DNA of 64,000 nucleotides from Tagaea sp. (lineage in GTDB: Bacteria > Pseudomonadota > Alphaproteobacteria > CACIAM-22H2), in the NCBI GenBank assembly GCA_965229215.1, contig OZ245864.1:3931346-3995345 (forward strand), written 5' to 3'. The notes under the pieces are model-generated. The model was not told the DNA's origin, ran no database searches, and worked only from the letters and a program-made list of their open reading frames with translations. The translations under genes were made by a program, and so were the position numbers. This document shows, piece after piece, positions 29,708-38,920 of the stretch (the first letter of the stretch is position 1; the number at the start of each line of letters is the position of its first letter).

Positions 29708-30520
29708 ATGCCCGACATCGACAAGGCTTTCGTCAAGCAATACGAGAACGACGTCCATCTCGCCTTCCAGCGGATGGGCTCGAAGCTGCGCACGAGCGTG
29801 CGCACGAAGAAGAACGTCCAGGGCGCTTCGACCGTCTTCCAGAAGATGGGTCGCGGTGCCGCGACGACCAAGGCGCGGCACGCGGCCGTGCCCGTCATGA
29901 ACGTGGACCACGCGACCGTCGAGGTTTTCCTGAAGGACTACTATGCGGGCGAATGGCTCGACGCGCTCGACGAGATCAAGGGGCCGAGCGACGAGCGTTC
30001 GGCGGTCGTGAATTCCGGCGCCTACGCGCTGGGGCGCAAGACCGACGAGCTCATCATCGACGCGCTGCAGACCTCGACGAACTTCGCAGGCACGGCGGCC
30101 GACGGCCTCACCAAGGCCAAGATCCTCGAGGCCTTCGAGAAGCTGGGCGCGTCCGACGTGCCCGACGACGGCGACCGCTGCGCGGTCATCGGCTGGAAGC
30201 AGTGGAGCGAGCTGCTCCAGATCGAGGAGTTCGCCAACGCCGACTATGTCGGCGAGGACGAGCTGCCCTGGCAGGGCACGCAGGCCAAGAAGTGGCTCGG
30301 CACGCTGTGGATGCCGCATTCGGGCCTGATCGCGGCCGGCGGCGTGCGCTCGTGCCACTGGTACCACAAGGCGGCCGTCGGCCACGCGTCGGGCTGCGAG
30401 GTCAAGTCGGACGTCACCTGGCACGGCGACCGCGCGTCGTTCTTCATCAGCAACATGATGAGCCAGGGTGCCGGCATCGTCGATGCGGCGGGCGTCGTCA
30501 CGCTGCGCTGCAAGGAGTAG
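29708..30520 (+). CDS. Major capsid protein (T7 gp10-like, HK97 fold)
   Basis: 270 aa. N-terminal region resembles T7 gp10 (TSVRTKKNVQGASTVFQKMGRGAA vs SISSGKSAQFPVLGRTQAA). Sits between the scaffold-like and tubular genes. AGAGGGA RBS. Confidence 0.65.
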   Translation: MPDIDKAFVKQYENDVHLAFQRMGSKLRTSVRTKKNVQGASTVFQKMGRGAATTKARHAAVPVMNVDHATVEVFLKDYYAGEWLDALDEIKGPSDERSAVVNSGAYALGRKTDELIIDALQTSTNFAGTAADGLTKAKILEAFEKLGASDVPDDGDRCAVIGWKQWSELLQIEEFANADYVGEDELPWQGTQAKKWLGTLWMPHSGLIAAGGVRSCHWYHKAAVGHASGCEVKSDVTWHGDRASFFISNMMSQGAGIVDAAGVVTLRCKE

Positions 30521-30531
30521 GGAGAAAACAG

Positions 30532-30801
30532 ATGGCCTTCGAACTCAAGAACCTGTCCGTGCTCGCCTACGCCAACGGCTTCACGCTCTGGCACTACACC
30601 ACGCCGGATGCGGCGGCCGCCGTCGACGACGCGGGCTATTTCGACGCCGCCGCCGACATGCTGCGCGCGGGCGACATGATCCTCGCCAACACCGCCACCG
30701 GCGGCGGCGCCCAGAGCGGCGTCTTCGCGGTGGCGGGCGTGGCGGCCGGATCGGTCGATGCCGCGAGCCTCACGCCGTTCGGCGCGTCCAACCCCGACTG
30801 A
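30532..30801 (+). CDS. Small hypothetical virion-associated protein (89 aa)
   Basis: GGGAGAAAAC RBS. High GC3. Lies between the capsid and tail tubular A genes. Confidence 0.45.
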   Translation: MAFELKNLSVLAYANGFTLWHYTTPDAAAAVDDAGYFDAAADMLRAGDMILANTATGGGAQSGVFAVAGVAAGSVDAASLTPFGASNPD

Positions 30802-30868
30802 GACCCGGAAACCGGCGGGCGGGTTCTTCCGCCCGCCGGATCTTCCCCAGGAATTCCAGGAGAACCCG

Positions 30869-31438
30869 ATGGCCCTCACGTCCATCGCGCTGTGCGCGCG
30901 CGCCCTCGTCAAGCTCGGTGCCCGGTCGATCGCCTCGTTTGACGAGGGTACGGCCGAAGCCGAGATCGCGGCCGTGCTCTATCCCTCGATCCGCGACGGG
31001 CTGCTGTCCGCGCACCCGTGGAGCTTCGCGACCGCGCAGGCGTCGCTCGCGCGCCTCGCGCGCACGCCGGTCGCCGACCATGCCCACGCCTACCAGCTTC
31101 CCGCCGATTTCCTGCGCGCCCTTTCGCTCGGTTCCGGCACGCGCGGGCGGGGCACGGAGTACCGGATCGTCGAATCGGCGCTGCACTGCGACGCCGACGC
31201 GGTCGTGCTTTCCTACGTGTTCCGGCCCGACGAGACCGGCTTCCCGCCTTTCTTCGACACGCTGCTGATCGCGACGCTCGCGGCCGAATTCTGCCTGCCG
31301 GTGACCGAGAGCACGACGCGCGCCGAACTGCTGCGCCGCACGGCCGAATCCGAGTTCCGCCGCGCGCGCCTGATCGACGCCCAGCAGGACACGCCCCAGC
31401 GCATCGAGGACTTCACGCTGGTGGAGGCGCGCCGATGA
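30869..31438 (+). CDS. Tail tubular protein A (T7 gp11-like)
   Basis: 189 aa, close in size to T7 gp11 (196 aa), with a similar N-terminal pattern (ARALVKLGARSIASFDEG vs NDILASIGEPPVSTLEG; HPWSF vs RGWTF). Confidence 0.7.
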   Translation: MALTSIALCARALVKLGARSIASFDEGTAEAEIAAVLYPSIRDGLLSAHPWSFATAQASLARLARTPVADHAHAYQLPADFLRALSLGSGTRGRGTEYRIVESALHCDADAVVLSYVFRPDETGFPPFFDTLLIATLAAEFCLPVTESTTRAELLRRTAESEFRRARLIDAQQDTPQRIEDFTLVEARR

Positions 31439-33342
31439 GCGTCGTGCGCCTTGCCAAGACGAGCTTCGCCTCGGGCGAGATCGGCCCCGCGATGTACGGC
31501 CGCAGCGACCTGCGCGCGTTCGAGAACGGCGCGCGCACGCTGCGCAACGTTTTCGTGCAGCCCTCGGGTGGCGTGCGCCGCCGGCCGGGCCTCGTGCATA
31601 TCGACCTGCTGCCCGGCCCTGCGCGCCTGATCGGGTTCGAGTTCAACACCGAGCAGGCGTATCTGCTCGCGGTGCTGGGCGGCGAGACGCGCGTGTGGCG
31701 CGAGGACGAGCGCGTCGCGACCTTCGCCACGCCCTGGTCGGCCGCGCAGATCGGCCAGCTCGCCTGGACGCAGAGCGCCGACACGCTGCTCGTCGTGCAT
31801 CCCGACGTGCCGCCGCGGCGCATCACGCGCACGTCGGACACCGCGTGGAAGGTGGAGCCGTGGGCCTTCTTCGAGGAGAAGGGCATCTGCCGGCAGCCCT
31901 ATCACAAGTTCGCGGCCGACGAGGTGACGCTGACGCCGAACGGCACGGCCGGCACGGTGACGCTGAGCGCCTCGGCCGACGTGTTCGTCGCCGGGCATGT
32001 CGGGCTGCGCTTCCGCGTGCAGACGAAGGAGATGAAGATCGATGCCGTGGCGGGCCCGCGCACGGCCACGGCCACGCTTTGCACCGAGCAGACGCTGCCC
32101 GACACGAGCGCGACGCGCGACTGGGAGGAGCAGGCCTTCTCCGACGTGCGCGGCTGGCCGGTCAGCGTCACGTTCCATCAGGACCGGCTGGTGATCGGCG
32201 GCTCGCGCGACCTGCCCAACCGGCTGTGGCTGTCGAAATCCGGCGACCTGTTCAATTTCGACCTGGGTACCGGCCTCGACGACGAGGCGATCGAGTTCGC
32301 GCTGCTGTCCGACCAGGTCAACGCGATCCGGCACGTCTTCTCGGGCCGCCACCTGCAGGTCTTCACGTCGGGGGCCGAGTGGATGGTGTCGGGCGAACCG
32401 CTGACGCCCGAGAACGTCCAGCTCGACCGCCAGACCCGCATCGGCAGCCCGATCGACCGGTCGGTGCGCCCGCGCGACGTCGACGGCGCCACGCTGTTCG
32501 CCGGGCGCGGCGGGCGCGACCTGCGCGAGTTCCTGTTCGCCGACGGCGAGCAGGCCTATCAGGCGACGGATCTGGCGCTGCTCGCACCCCATCTGGTGCG
32601 CGATCCCGTCGCCATCGACTACGACCCCGACGACCGGCTGCTGCATGTCGTCAACGCCGACGGCACGCTCGCGACGCTGACGGTCTATCGCGCCGAACAG
32701 GTGACGGCGTGGACGCTGCAGACCACGCAGGGCGCGTTCCGCGCGGTCGCGGTGGCGGCGAACGAGACGTATCTCGCCGTCGAGCGCGACGGCGCATGGT
32801 CGATCGAGAGCTTCGATGCGGACTACGCGACCGATGCGGCCGTCTGGATCGAGCCGCCGGCCGGTGCGGCGCACTGGTCGGGGCTTTCGCATCTCGACGG
32901 CAAGGCGGTCGAACTCGTCGGCGACGGCGTGCCGCTGGGCACGACCGTCCCTGCGGGCGGCAAGGTGCCGGTGCTTGCACCCGTCGCGGAACTCGAAGCC
33001 GGCCTCGGCTTCGTTTCCGTCATCGAGCCGCTGCCGCCGTCGCTTGCGGCAGCGGGCGGTGCCAGTCCGCGCAGCGTGCGCCTGATCGAGGCGACGTTCC
33101 GCCTGCTGGAGGCGCGCCAGATGCGCCTCGACACCGGCAGCGGCCCCGTCGACGTGCCGTTCCGCGCCTTTGCGGCGGGCGGAATGCTCGACCGGCCGGT
33201 CGCCGGCTTCACCGGCGAGAAGCGCGTGCGTGCACTCGGCTGGAAACGCGCGGGCGTCGACGCGCTGTGGCGCATCGAACTGCCGGCACCGCTGCCTTTC
33301 ACGCTGCTCTCCGTAACCCAGGAAATGAAGGTGAACGACTGA
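31435..33342 (+). CDS. Tail tubular protein B (T7 gp12-like)
   Basis: 635 aa. N-terminal similarity to T7 gp12 (SFASGEIGP...R.D.....NG......GGVRRRPGL vs NLKGGISQQP..LRYPDQGSRQVNG.....GLQKRPPL). ATGA overlap with the tubular A gene. Confidence 0.8.
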   Translation: MSVVRLAKTSFASGEIGPAMYGRSDLRAFENGARTLRNVFVQPSGGVRRRPGLVHIDLLPGPARLIGFEFNTEQAYLLAVLGGETRVWREDERVATFATPWSAAQIGQLAWTQSADTLLVVHPDVPPRRITRTSDTAWKVEPWAFFEEKGICRQPYHKFAADEVTLTPNGTAGTVTLSASADVFVAGHVGLRFRVQTKEMKIDAVAGPRTATATLCTEQTLPDTSATRDWEEQAFSDVRGWPVSVTFHQDRLVIGGSRDLPNRLWLSKSGDLFNFDLGTGLDDEAIEFALLSDQVNAIRHVFSGRHLQVFTSGAEWMVSGEPLTPENVQLDRQTRIGSPIDRSVRPRDVDGATLFAGRGGRDLREFLFADGEQAYQATDLALLAPHLVRDPVAIDYDPDDRLLHVVNADGTLATLTVYRAEQVTAWTLQTTQGAFRAVAVAANETYLAVERDGAWSIESFDADYATDAAVWIEPPAGAAHWSGLSHLDGKAVELVGDGVPLGTTVPAGGKVPVLAPVAELEAGLGFVSVIEPLPPSLAAAGGASPRSVRLIEATFRLLEARQMRLDTGSGPVDVPFRAFAAGGMLDRPVAGFTGEKRVRALGWKRAGVDALWRIELPAPLPFTLLSVTQEMKVND

Positions 33343-33914
33343 TGGGCGCTCTCACGATTCCACAGATGATGATGGCGCAGACCGCCATGGCGGGCGCGGG
33401 CCTCGTCCAGGGCCTCGCCAATTCGCATGCCGCCGCTTCGCAGGCACAGGCGCAGGCCCGCGCGCAGGCGCAGATGGCGCAGGCACAAGCCGAACGCCAG
33501 CGCGAGCTGCTCGACCGGCAATACGCATCCGAGACGCGCCGGCGCACCAACCTGCTCGAACGCGCGACCGCCAAGGCGCGCGTCTCGTTCGGCGCGCGCG
33601 GCCTGTCGCCGACCGACGGTTCGGCGGGCGCATTGCTCGACGGCATCGAGACCGATTTCGGCCTCGACGAGGCCGAGCGCACGCAGGATTACGGCATGCG
33701 CCGCTCGGCCCTCGACGCCGGGCTCGCGGACTCGCTGCAGCGCATCGATTTCGCGACAGGCCGAAACCTTCTCGACCGCGAGTCCGACATCCAGCGCCGC
33801 GTCCTCGGCCTGCTGAACTGGGGCACGCGCAGTTTCGGACGCGGCGGCGGATTGCCGCGCGGCCCGGTCGGCGACTTCCCCGTCAATTCCGGCCTCTACG
33901 ACAACCTTGCCTGA
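33342..33914 (+). CDS. Small internal virion protein candidate (190 aa, Gln/Ala-rich; gp13/gp14 position)
   Basis: AQ-rich low-complexity N-terminus (AASQAQAQARAQAQMAQAQAERQ). Lies between the tubular B and tail fibre genes. Confidence 0.4.
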   Translation: MGALTIPQMMMAQTAMAGAGLVQGLANSHAAASQAQAQARAQAQMAQAQAERQRELLDRQYASETRRRTNLLERATAKARVSFGARGLSPTDGSAGALLDGIETDFGLDEAERTQDYGMRRSALDAGLADSLQRIDFATGRNLLDRESDIQRRVLGLLNWGTRSFGRGGGLPRGPVGDFPVNSGLYDNLA

Positions 33915-33925
33915 GGAGCACTGAC

Positions 33926-36574
33926 ATGAGCGACCACATCAAGATCGCCGCCAAGCTGCCGCGCTGCCGCTATCGCGCGAACGGCATGCAGCGCGTCTTC
34001 ACGTTCGATTTCGCCGTCTTCCGGCCCGAGGATGTCGAGATCCGCATCGACGGCACGCCGGTCGCGGGCGGCTATGCCGTCGCGGTCGGCGCACTCGGCA
34101 CGGGTGCCGCCACGCTCGACGCGGCACCCGCCGACGGCGCCATCGTCACGCTGAGCCGCCGCCTCGTCGTGCGGCGCGAGACGGATTTCCAGGAAGGCGG
34201 CGAGCTGCGCGCCAAGACGCTCAACGACGAGCTCGATTTCCAGACGGCCGCTCTCCAGCAGGTCGAGACGGCCGCCGCGCGCGCCCTGCATCTGCCGGTC
34301 GACGATCCGGACGATGCCACGACGCAGCTTCCGCGCGCGACGGCGCGCGCGAACCGCGCGCTGGTGTTCGATGCGGCCGGAAATCCGGCCGTGTCGGCCG
34401 ACCTCTATGCCGACCAGGCGGCGGCATCCGCCGCCAGCGCCGCTTCCGCCGCCGCTTCGGCCGGTTCGGCCGCTTCGGCTTCCGCCAACGCTTCCGATTC
34501 CGCCGTCGCCGCCGCGACGGGCTCGGCATCGGCCGCGAGCTCCGCCGCTTCGGCCGCCGCGCAGGCGACGTCGGCGAGCGCATCGGCGGCAGGTGCGGCT
34601 TCTTCGGCGCTCGCCGCATCCGGTTCGGCCGCATCGGCCGCTTCGGCGGCCGCCGGGCTCTCGGCGCTCGCGATCGCGTGGAATTTCGAATCCGCGGACG
34701 CGATGGCCGAACCCGCGGCCGGGGCCCTGCGCTTCAACGCCGCCACGCCTGCCGGCGCGAGCGCGCTGGCGCTCTCGGCGAACGCGGCCGATCCCGGCAA
34801 TCCCGACATCTCCGGCATCGTCGCCGCGTGGAACGCCAGCACCAGCACGTCGGCGCGCGGCCAGCTCGTGCTGCGCAAGCGCGGTACGCCCGCGACGTTC
34901 GCCGCCTTCAAGGTCTCGGGCGTGACGGACAACGGCGCCTGGCTGCTGGCCGACGTGGTGCCCGTCGCATCGGCCGGAACGTGGAGCGCCGGCGATACCG
35001 CCTATGCCGTCTTCACGGCCGCGGGCGACAAGGGCGACACCGGCAGCCTCGCCGGCGGCGGCTCGCTGACCGCGTCGATTGAGGAAGCCAAGCGGGTCGC
35101 GATTGCCTCCGCCGCGACGACGAACGTGTGGGGCGGGGACGGGAACTTCGTCCACGTCACGGGGAACGCGACGATCGCGAGCTTCGGCATCGCGCCGCAG
35201 GCGGGTTCGCAGCGCACGATCGTGTTCGACGGCGCGCTGACGCTGGTGCATGCGGCACCCGCACTCCAGCTGCCGGGCGGGGCCAGCATCGTCACGGCGC
35301 CGGGCGACCGCGCCATCGTGCGCGCGGACACGCCGGCCAATCACATCGTCGTCGCCTATACGCGCGCCGACGGCACGCCGCTGGCGCTGGGCAATGCCGG
35401 ACCCGTGCAGGCGATCCTTGCGGGCGAAACACTCGCCGACCGCGATCTCGTCTACCAGGACATCTTCAACCAGCGCGGCGGCGGGTCGACGCGCTGGTAC
35501 AGGGTCGATGCCGACGCGACCGGGCCGGTGCGCATCTCGCCGACGATCGGCATCGCGCTGGGCGCGATCGCGGGGGGAAGCACGGGCGCAGCGCAGATCC
35601 GCGCGGGGCGCGTGGCGGGGTTCGCGGGCCTGGTCGCGGGCGGCCCGGTCTGGGCGTCGGCGACGCCCGGCGGCGTGACCCAGTCCCCGCCGCCGCTTCC
35701 GGCGGGCGGCACGCAGCATGCGCTGCGCCTGGTCGGGATCGCGGCGTCGGCGGCCGAGATCGATTTCGCGCCCGACGACGACACGCTGTTCGTGAAGACC
35801 GGCGACGCGCTCGCGCACGGCGGCGTCCTGACGGTCGAGCACTGGAGCGATGTCGGCGCGCCCGACCGCGTGCCCTATGCCTCGACGATCGCGCAGGTCT
35901 TCGCGACGACCGTTTCGCGCGGCGCCGGCTCCAACGGCACCACCTACAACGGCTACACCGTGCGTCTCAGGTTCGCCGCGAGCGTGCTGTCGACGTCCGG
36001 AAGCCGGGTGCGCGTCACGTTCAAGGCGGGCGGCACGCAGCCGCTTGCGGTGAACAACGCCTATATCGGCGAGGCGGCGGCCGGCGGCAACGCCTGGGAT
36101 TTCGCAGCATCCCCCGCGCGCCTCACCTTCGGCGGCGGCGCCAACGGGTTTTCCATTCCCGTCGGCGCGAGCATCGTCTCCGACAGCGTCGTGTTCGCGC
36201 TCGACGAGGCGAAGAGCCACATCGTCTCGCTCGAAGTGCCGAGTGCGGGCGGACCATACGGCACGGACTACACCTCCGTGCCGGCCGGCTGGTCGACCTA
36301 CTACAAGTTGGGCGGCGTGGCGGATGCCGGCGCGGTGGCGCCCGGCGGATACAGCCAGGATTCCGCGAACACATATCTCGTCACGGCGGTCGAGGTTCTC
36401 GTCGTCACCCGCCGCGAGCCCGAGCCGGTCTTTCCCGAGGCGCGCTTCGCGGGCGCCGCCGACAGGGTCACCTGCCGCTACGACGACGGGGCGGGCGGCA
36501 ACGCCGACACGCGCACGAGCTTCGTGAACCGGACCGGCGCGCTGCAGGCGCTCGCCGTCGAGGTGCAGCTGTGA
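33926..36574 (+). CDS. Tail fibre protein (T7 gp17-like N-terminal adaptor domain, Ala/Ser-rich shaft, C-terminal beta-rich domain)
   Basis: 882 aa. N-terminus (IKIAAKLPRCRYRANGMQRVFTFDFAVFRPEDVEIRIDGTPV) parallels T7 gp17 (IKTVLTYQLDGSNRDFNIPFEYLARKFVVVTLIGVDRKVL). Contains a long A/S repeat region. Confidence 0.7.
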   Translation: MSDHIKIAAKLPRCRYRANGMQRVFTFDFAVFRPEDVEIRIDGTPVAGGYAVAVGALGTGAATLDAAPADGAIVTLSRRLVVRRETDFQEGGELRAKTLNDELDFQTAALQQVETAAARALHLPVDDPDDATTQLPRATARANRALVFDAAGNPAVSADLYADQAAASAASAASAAASAGSAASASANASDSAVAAATGSASAASSAASAAAQATSASASAAGAASSALAASGSAASAASAAAGLSALAIAWNFESADAMAEPAAGALRFNAATPAGASALALSANAADPGNPDISGIVAAWNASTSTSARGQLVLRKRGTPATFAAFKVSGVTDNGAWLLADVVPVASAGTWSAGDTAYAVFTAAGDKGDTGSLAGGGSLTASIEEAKRVAIASAATTNVWGGDGNFVHVTGNATIASFGIAPQAGSQRTIVFDGALTLVHAAPALQLPGGASIVTAPGDRAIVRADTPANHIVVAYTRADGTPLALGNAGPVQAILAGETLADRDLVYQDIFNQRGGGSTRWYRVDADATGPVRISPTIGIALGAIAGGSTGAAQIRAGRVAGFAGLVAGGPVWASATPGGVTQSPPPLPAGGTQHALRLVGIAASAAEIDFAPDDDTLFVKTGDALAHGGVLTVEHWSDVGAPDRVPYASTIAQVFATTVSRGAGSNGTTYNGYTVRLRFAASVLSTSGSRVRVTFKAGGTQPLAVNNAYIGEAAAGGNAWDFAASPARLTFGGGANGFSIPVGASIVSDSVVFALDEAKSHIVSLEVPSAGGPYGTDYTSVPAGWSTYYKLGGVADAGAVAPGGYSQDSANTYLVTAVEVLVVTRREPEPVFPEARFAGAADRVTCRYDDGAGGNADTRTSFVNRTGALQALAVEVQL

Positions 36575-38058
36575 GCGAGCCCGCACCGCCGAGTTTCCCC
36601 GACTTCGTCGAGCAGTGGAACGCGCTGCAGGGGCTCGCGACGCCCGCCGTGCACCGGCGCATGGCCGACTGGCTTGCCGACGCGCGCGCGGACCGGGCGA
36701 CGGGCCTGGTGCTGCTCGCGTTCCGCTCCAGCGGCAAGTCGACGCTGGTCGGCCTCTTCTGCGCCTGGCTGCTCGCCTGCGATCCCGACCTGCGGGTGAT
36801 GGTGCTGGCGGCGGAAGAGGCGCTGGCGCGCAAGATGGTGCGCAACGTCAAGCGCATCGTCGAGCGCCATCCGGCGACCGCGGGCCTCAAGCCCGCGCGC
36901 AAGGAGCTGTGGTCGGCCGACCAGTTCGTCGTCGAGCGGCGCGCGGAGCTGCGCGACCCCTCGATGCTGGCGCGCGGGCTTGCGGGCAACATCACCGGCA
37001 GCCGGGCCGACATCGTCATCTGCGACGACGTCGAGGTGCCAAACACCTGCGACACGCACGCCAAGCGCGCCGACCTGCGTGCGCGCCTGCTCGAGATCGA
37101 CTACGTGCTCGTGCCCGGCGGGCTGCAGCTCTATATCGGCACGCCGCACAACTACTATTCGATCTATGCCGACGCGGCGCGCGAGGAGGCGGGGGAGACG
37201 GCGCCGTTCCTCGACGGCTTCCGCCGCCTGTCGGTCCCGGTCCGCGACGCGGCGGGCGACAGCGCGTGGCCCGAACGCTTCGACGACGCGCGGATCGGGG
37301 CGGTGCTGACGCGGACCGGTCCGCTCAAGTTCCGCGCGCAGATGATGCTGGAGCCGGTCGCCGACGGCGCCTGCCGTCTCGATCCGGACCGCCTCGTTCC
37401 CTACGACCTGCCGCTCGACTATTCGGAAGGCAACGGCCAGCCGGTGCTGTCGATCGGCGGGAAACGCATGATGTCGGCAAGCTGCTGGTGGGACCCGTCC
37501 TACGGCTCGCCCGACGGCGACCGGTCGGTCGTCGCCATCGTCTTCACCGACGAGGACGGGCATGCCTGGCTGCACGACATCGCGTACCTGTCGGTGCCGC
37601 AAGGCGACGCGCGCGGCGACGAGGCAAGCGCCTTCTGCCGGCAGGTCGCCGAATTCGCGCGGCGCAACCACGCGCCGGGCGTGCGCATCGAGACCAACGG
37701 CCTCGGCGGCTTCCTGCCCGGCATCCTGCGCAAGGAGATGTCGGCCGCCGGCATCGGCGCCGCCGTGACCGGCGCGCACAGCCGCGTCGCGAAGGCCAAG
37801 CGCATCCTCGACGCGTTCGACGCACGGCTCGCCGCCGGCATGCTGCATGCGCACGCGCGCATCCGCGAAACGCCGTTCCTCGCCGAGATGCGCGAATGGC
37901 GGGCCGACATCCCCGGCATCCGCGACGACGGGCTCGACGCCGTCGCCGGCTGCCTTGCGAGCGAACCGTTGCGTCTCGCGCCCGCCCCGCGACCCGAGCG
38001 CGCGGACTGGCGGCCGGGGGCGCCCGCGCGCCTCGTGCCGAGCGATTTCGAGATCTGA
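36571..38058 (+). CDS. Terminase large subunit (T7 gp19-like)
   Basis: GTG start overlapping the fibre stop (GTGA). Walker A (AFRSSGKSTLVGL). Acidic nuclease-domain residues. 495 aa. Confidence 0.8.
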   Translation: MSEPAPPSFPDFVEQWNALQGLATPAVHRRMADWLADARADRATGLVLLAFRSSGKSTLVGLFCAWLLACDPDLRVMVLAAEEALARKMVRNVKRIVERHPATAGLKPARKELWSADQFVVERRAELRDPSMLARGLAGNITGSRADIVICDDVEVPNTCDTHAKRADLRARLLEIDYVLVPGGLQLYIGTPHNYYSIYADAAREEAGETAPFLDGFRRLSVPVRDAAGDSAWPERFDDARIGAVLTRTGPLKFRAQMMLEPVADGACRLDPDRLVPYDLPLDYSEGNGQPVLSIGGKRMMSASCWWDPSYGSPDGDRSVVAIVFTDEDGHAWLHDIAYLSVPQGDARGDEASAFCRQVAEFARRNHAPGVRIETNGLGGFLPGILRKEMSAAGIGAAVTGAHSRVAKAKRILDAFDARLAAGMLHAHARIRETPFLAEMREWRADIPGIRDDGLDAVAGCLASEPLRLAPAPRPERADWRPGAPARLVPSDFEI

Positions 38059-38076
38059 GAAGGAAAGGGAAGCATC

Positions 38077-38373
38077 ATGGACATGTTCGAACTCTCGCCC
38101 GGCCTGGCGCTCGTCGCGGCGTCGGACGCCTCGAGCTTCGGCGCGATCGCCTGGCTCCTCTGGAAGCGCCACCAGGATCACGACCGCGTGCTCGACCGGC
38201 TGCGCCAGGCCTGCCTCGACGAGACGCGCGAGCTGCGACAGGCGCTGGCCGAGTTCAAGCTGGAGGTCGCGCGCGGCTACGCTTCGATCGGCTACATCAA
38301 GGACGTGGAGAACCGCCTGACGGCGCATCTGCTGCGCATCGAGGCGAAACTCGACGGCGCGTCGGGGGGCTGA
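38077..38373 (+). CDS. Small single-TM protein (holin- or spanin-like candidate)
   Basis: 98 aa with one TM helix (ALVAASDASSFGAIAWLLW) then a coiled coil. Follows the terminase gene. Confidence 0.4.
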   Translation: MDMFELSPGLALVAASDASSFGAIAWLLWKRHQDHDRVLDRLRQACLDETRELRQALAEFKLEVARGYASIGYIKDVENRLTAHLLRIEAKLDGASGG

Positions 38374-38374
38374 G

Positions 38375-38920
38375 ATGATTCCGGCATTGATCGCCCAGAT
38401 CGGCCTGCCGCTGCTGGCGAAGCTCGTCGGTGGTGCCTTGTCGCGCGTCGACCATCCGGCCGCGCGCGAAGCCGCGCGCACGCTCGCGGCGGCCGGCGAC
38501 GACCTCACGCCCGAGCAGATCGCCGAAGCCAACCGCCATCTCGAAGCGCTGGCGAAGAGCGAAAGCGAGGAAGACCGCGAGACGCTGCGCGAGGTCAACG
38601 CGTCGCTGCGCGCCGAGGCCGCCAGCGAGGACGCCTATGTAAGGCGCATGCGGCCGACCTTCGGCTACGTGATGGCGGCGACGTGGGCGGCGCAGATGGG
38701 CGCGGTCGCGTGGGTCGTGGTGCGCGCACCCGCCGAAGCGGCCGCGGTGATCGAGGCGCTGGGCGCGCTGTCGGTCGTCTGGTCGGTCGGGCTGTCGGTG
38801 CTGGGCGTCTATGTCTACAAGCGCTCGGCCGACAAGGCCTTGTCTGCGGGGGCCCTGTCGGCGGGCGTGCCGGTGACGGGGCTCGTCGAGCGGCTGCTGC
38901 GGGCAGGAGAACGGCGCTAG
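38375..38920 (+). CDS. Membrane protein resembling 3-TM GTA-type holins
   Basis: 181 aa. Helical N-terminal region then hydrophobic segments near the C-terminus ([41 protein letters not shown]). Last gene of the cluster. Confidence 0.4.
   Translation: MIPALIAQIGLPLLAKLVGGALSRVDHPAAREAARTLAAAGDDLTPEQIAEANRHLEALAKSESEEDRETLREVNASLRAEAASEDAYVRRMRPTFGYVMAATWAAQMGAVAWVVVRAPAEAAAVIEALGALSVVWSVGLSVLGVYVYKRSADKALSAGALSAGVPVTGLVERLLRAGERR

Larger units (their letters stand above)
26332..38920 (+). mobile_element. Compact T7-like podovirus-derived structural and packaging gene cluster (domesticated phage-like element or defective prophage); 12 co-oriented genes
   Basis: Gene order follows T7 gp8-9-10-11-12-(13/14)-17-19. 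Genes are tightly packed with overlapping start-stop pairs. AT-rich islands lie at the 5' end, and an adjacent divergent S24 repressor is present. No integrase, replication or RNA polymerase genes and no att repeats were found. Confidence 0.7.
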
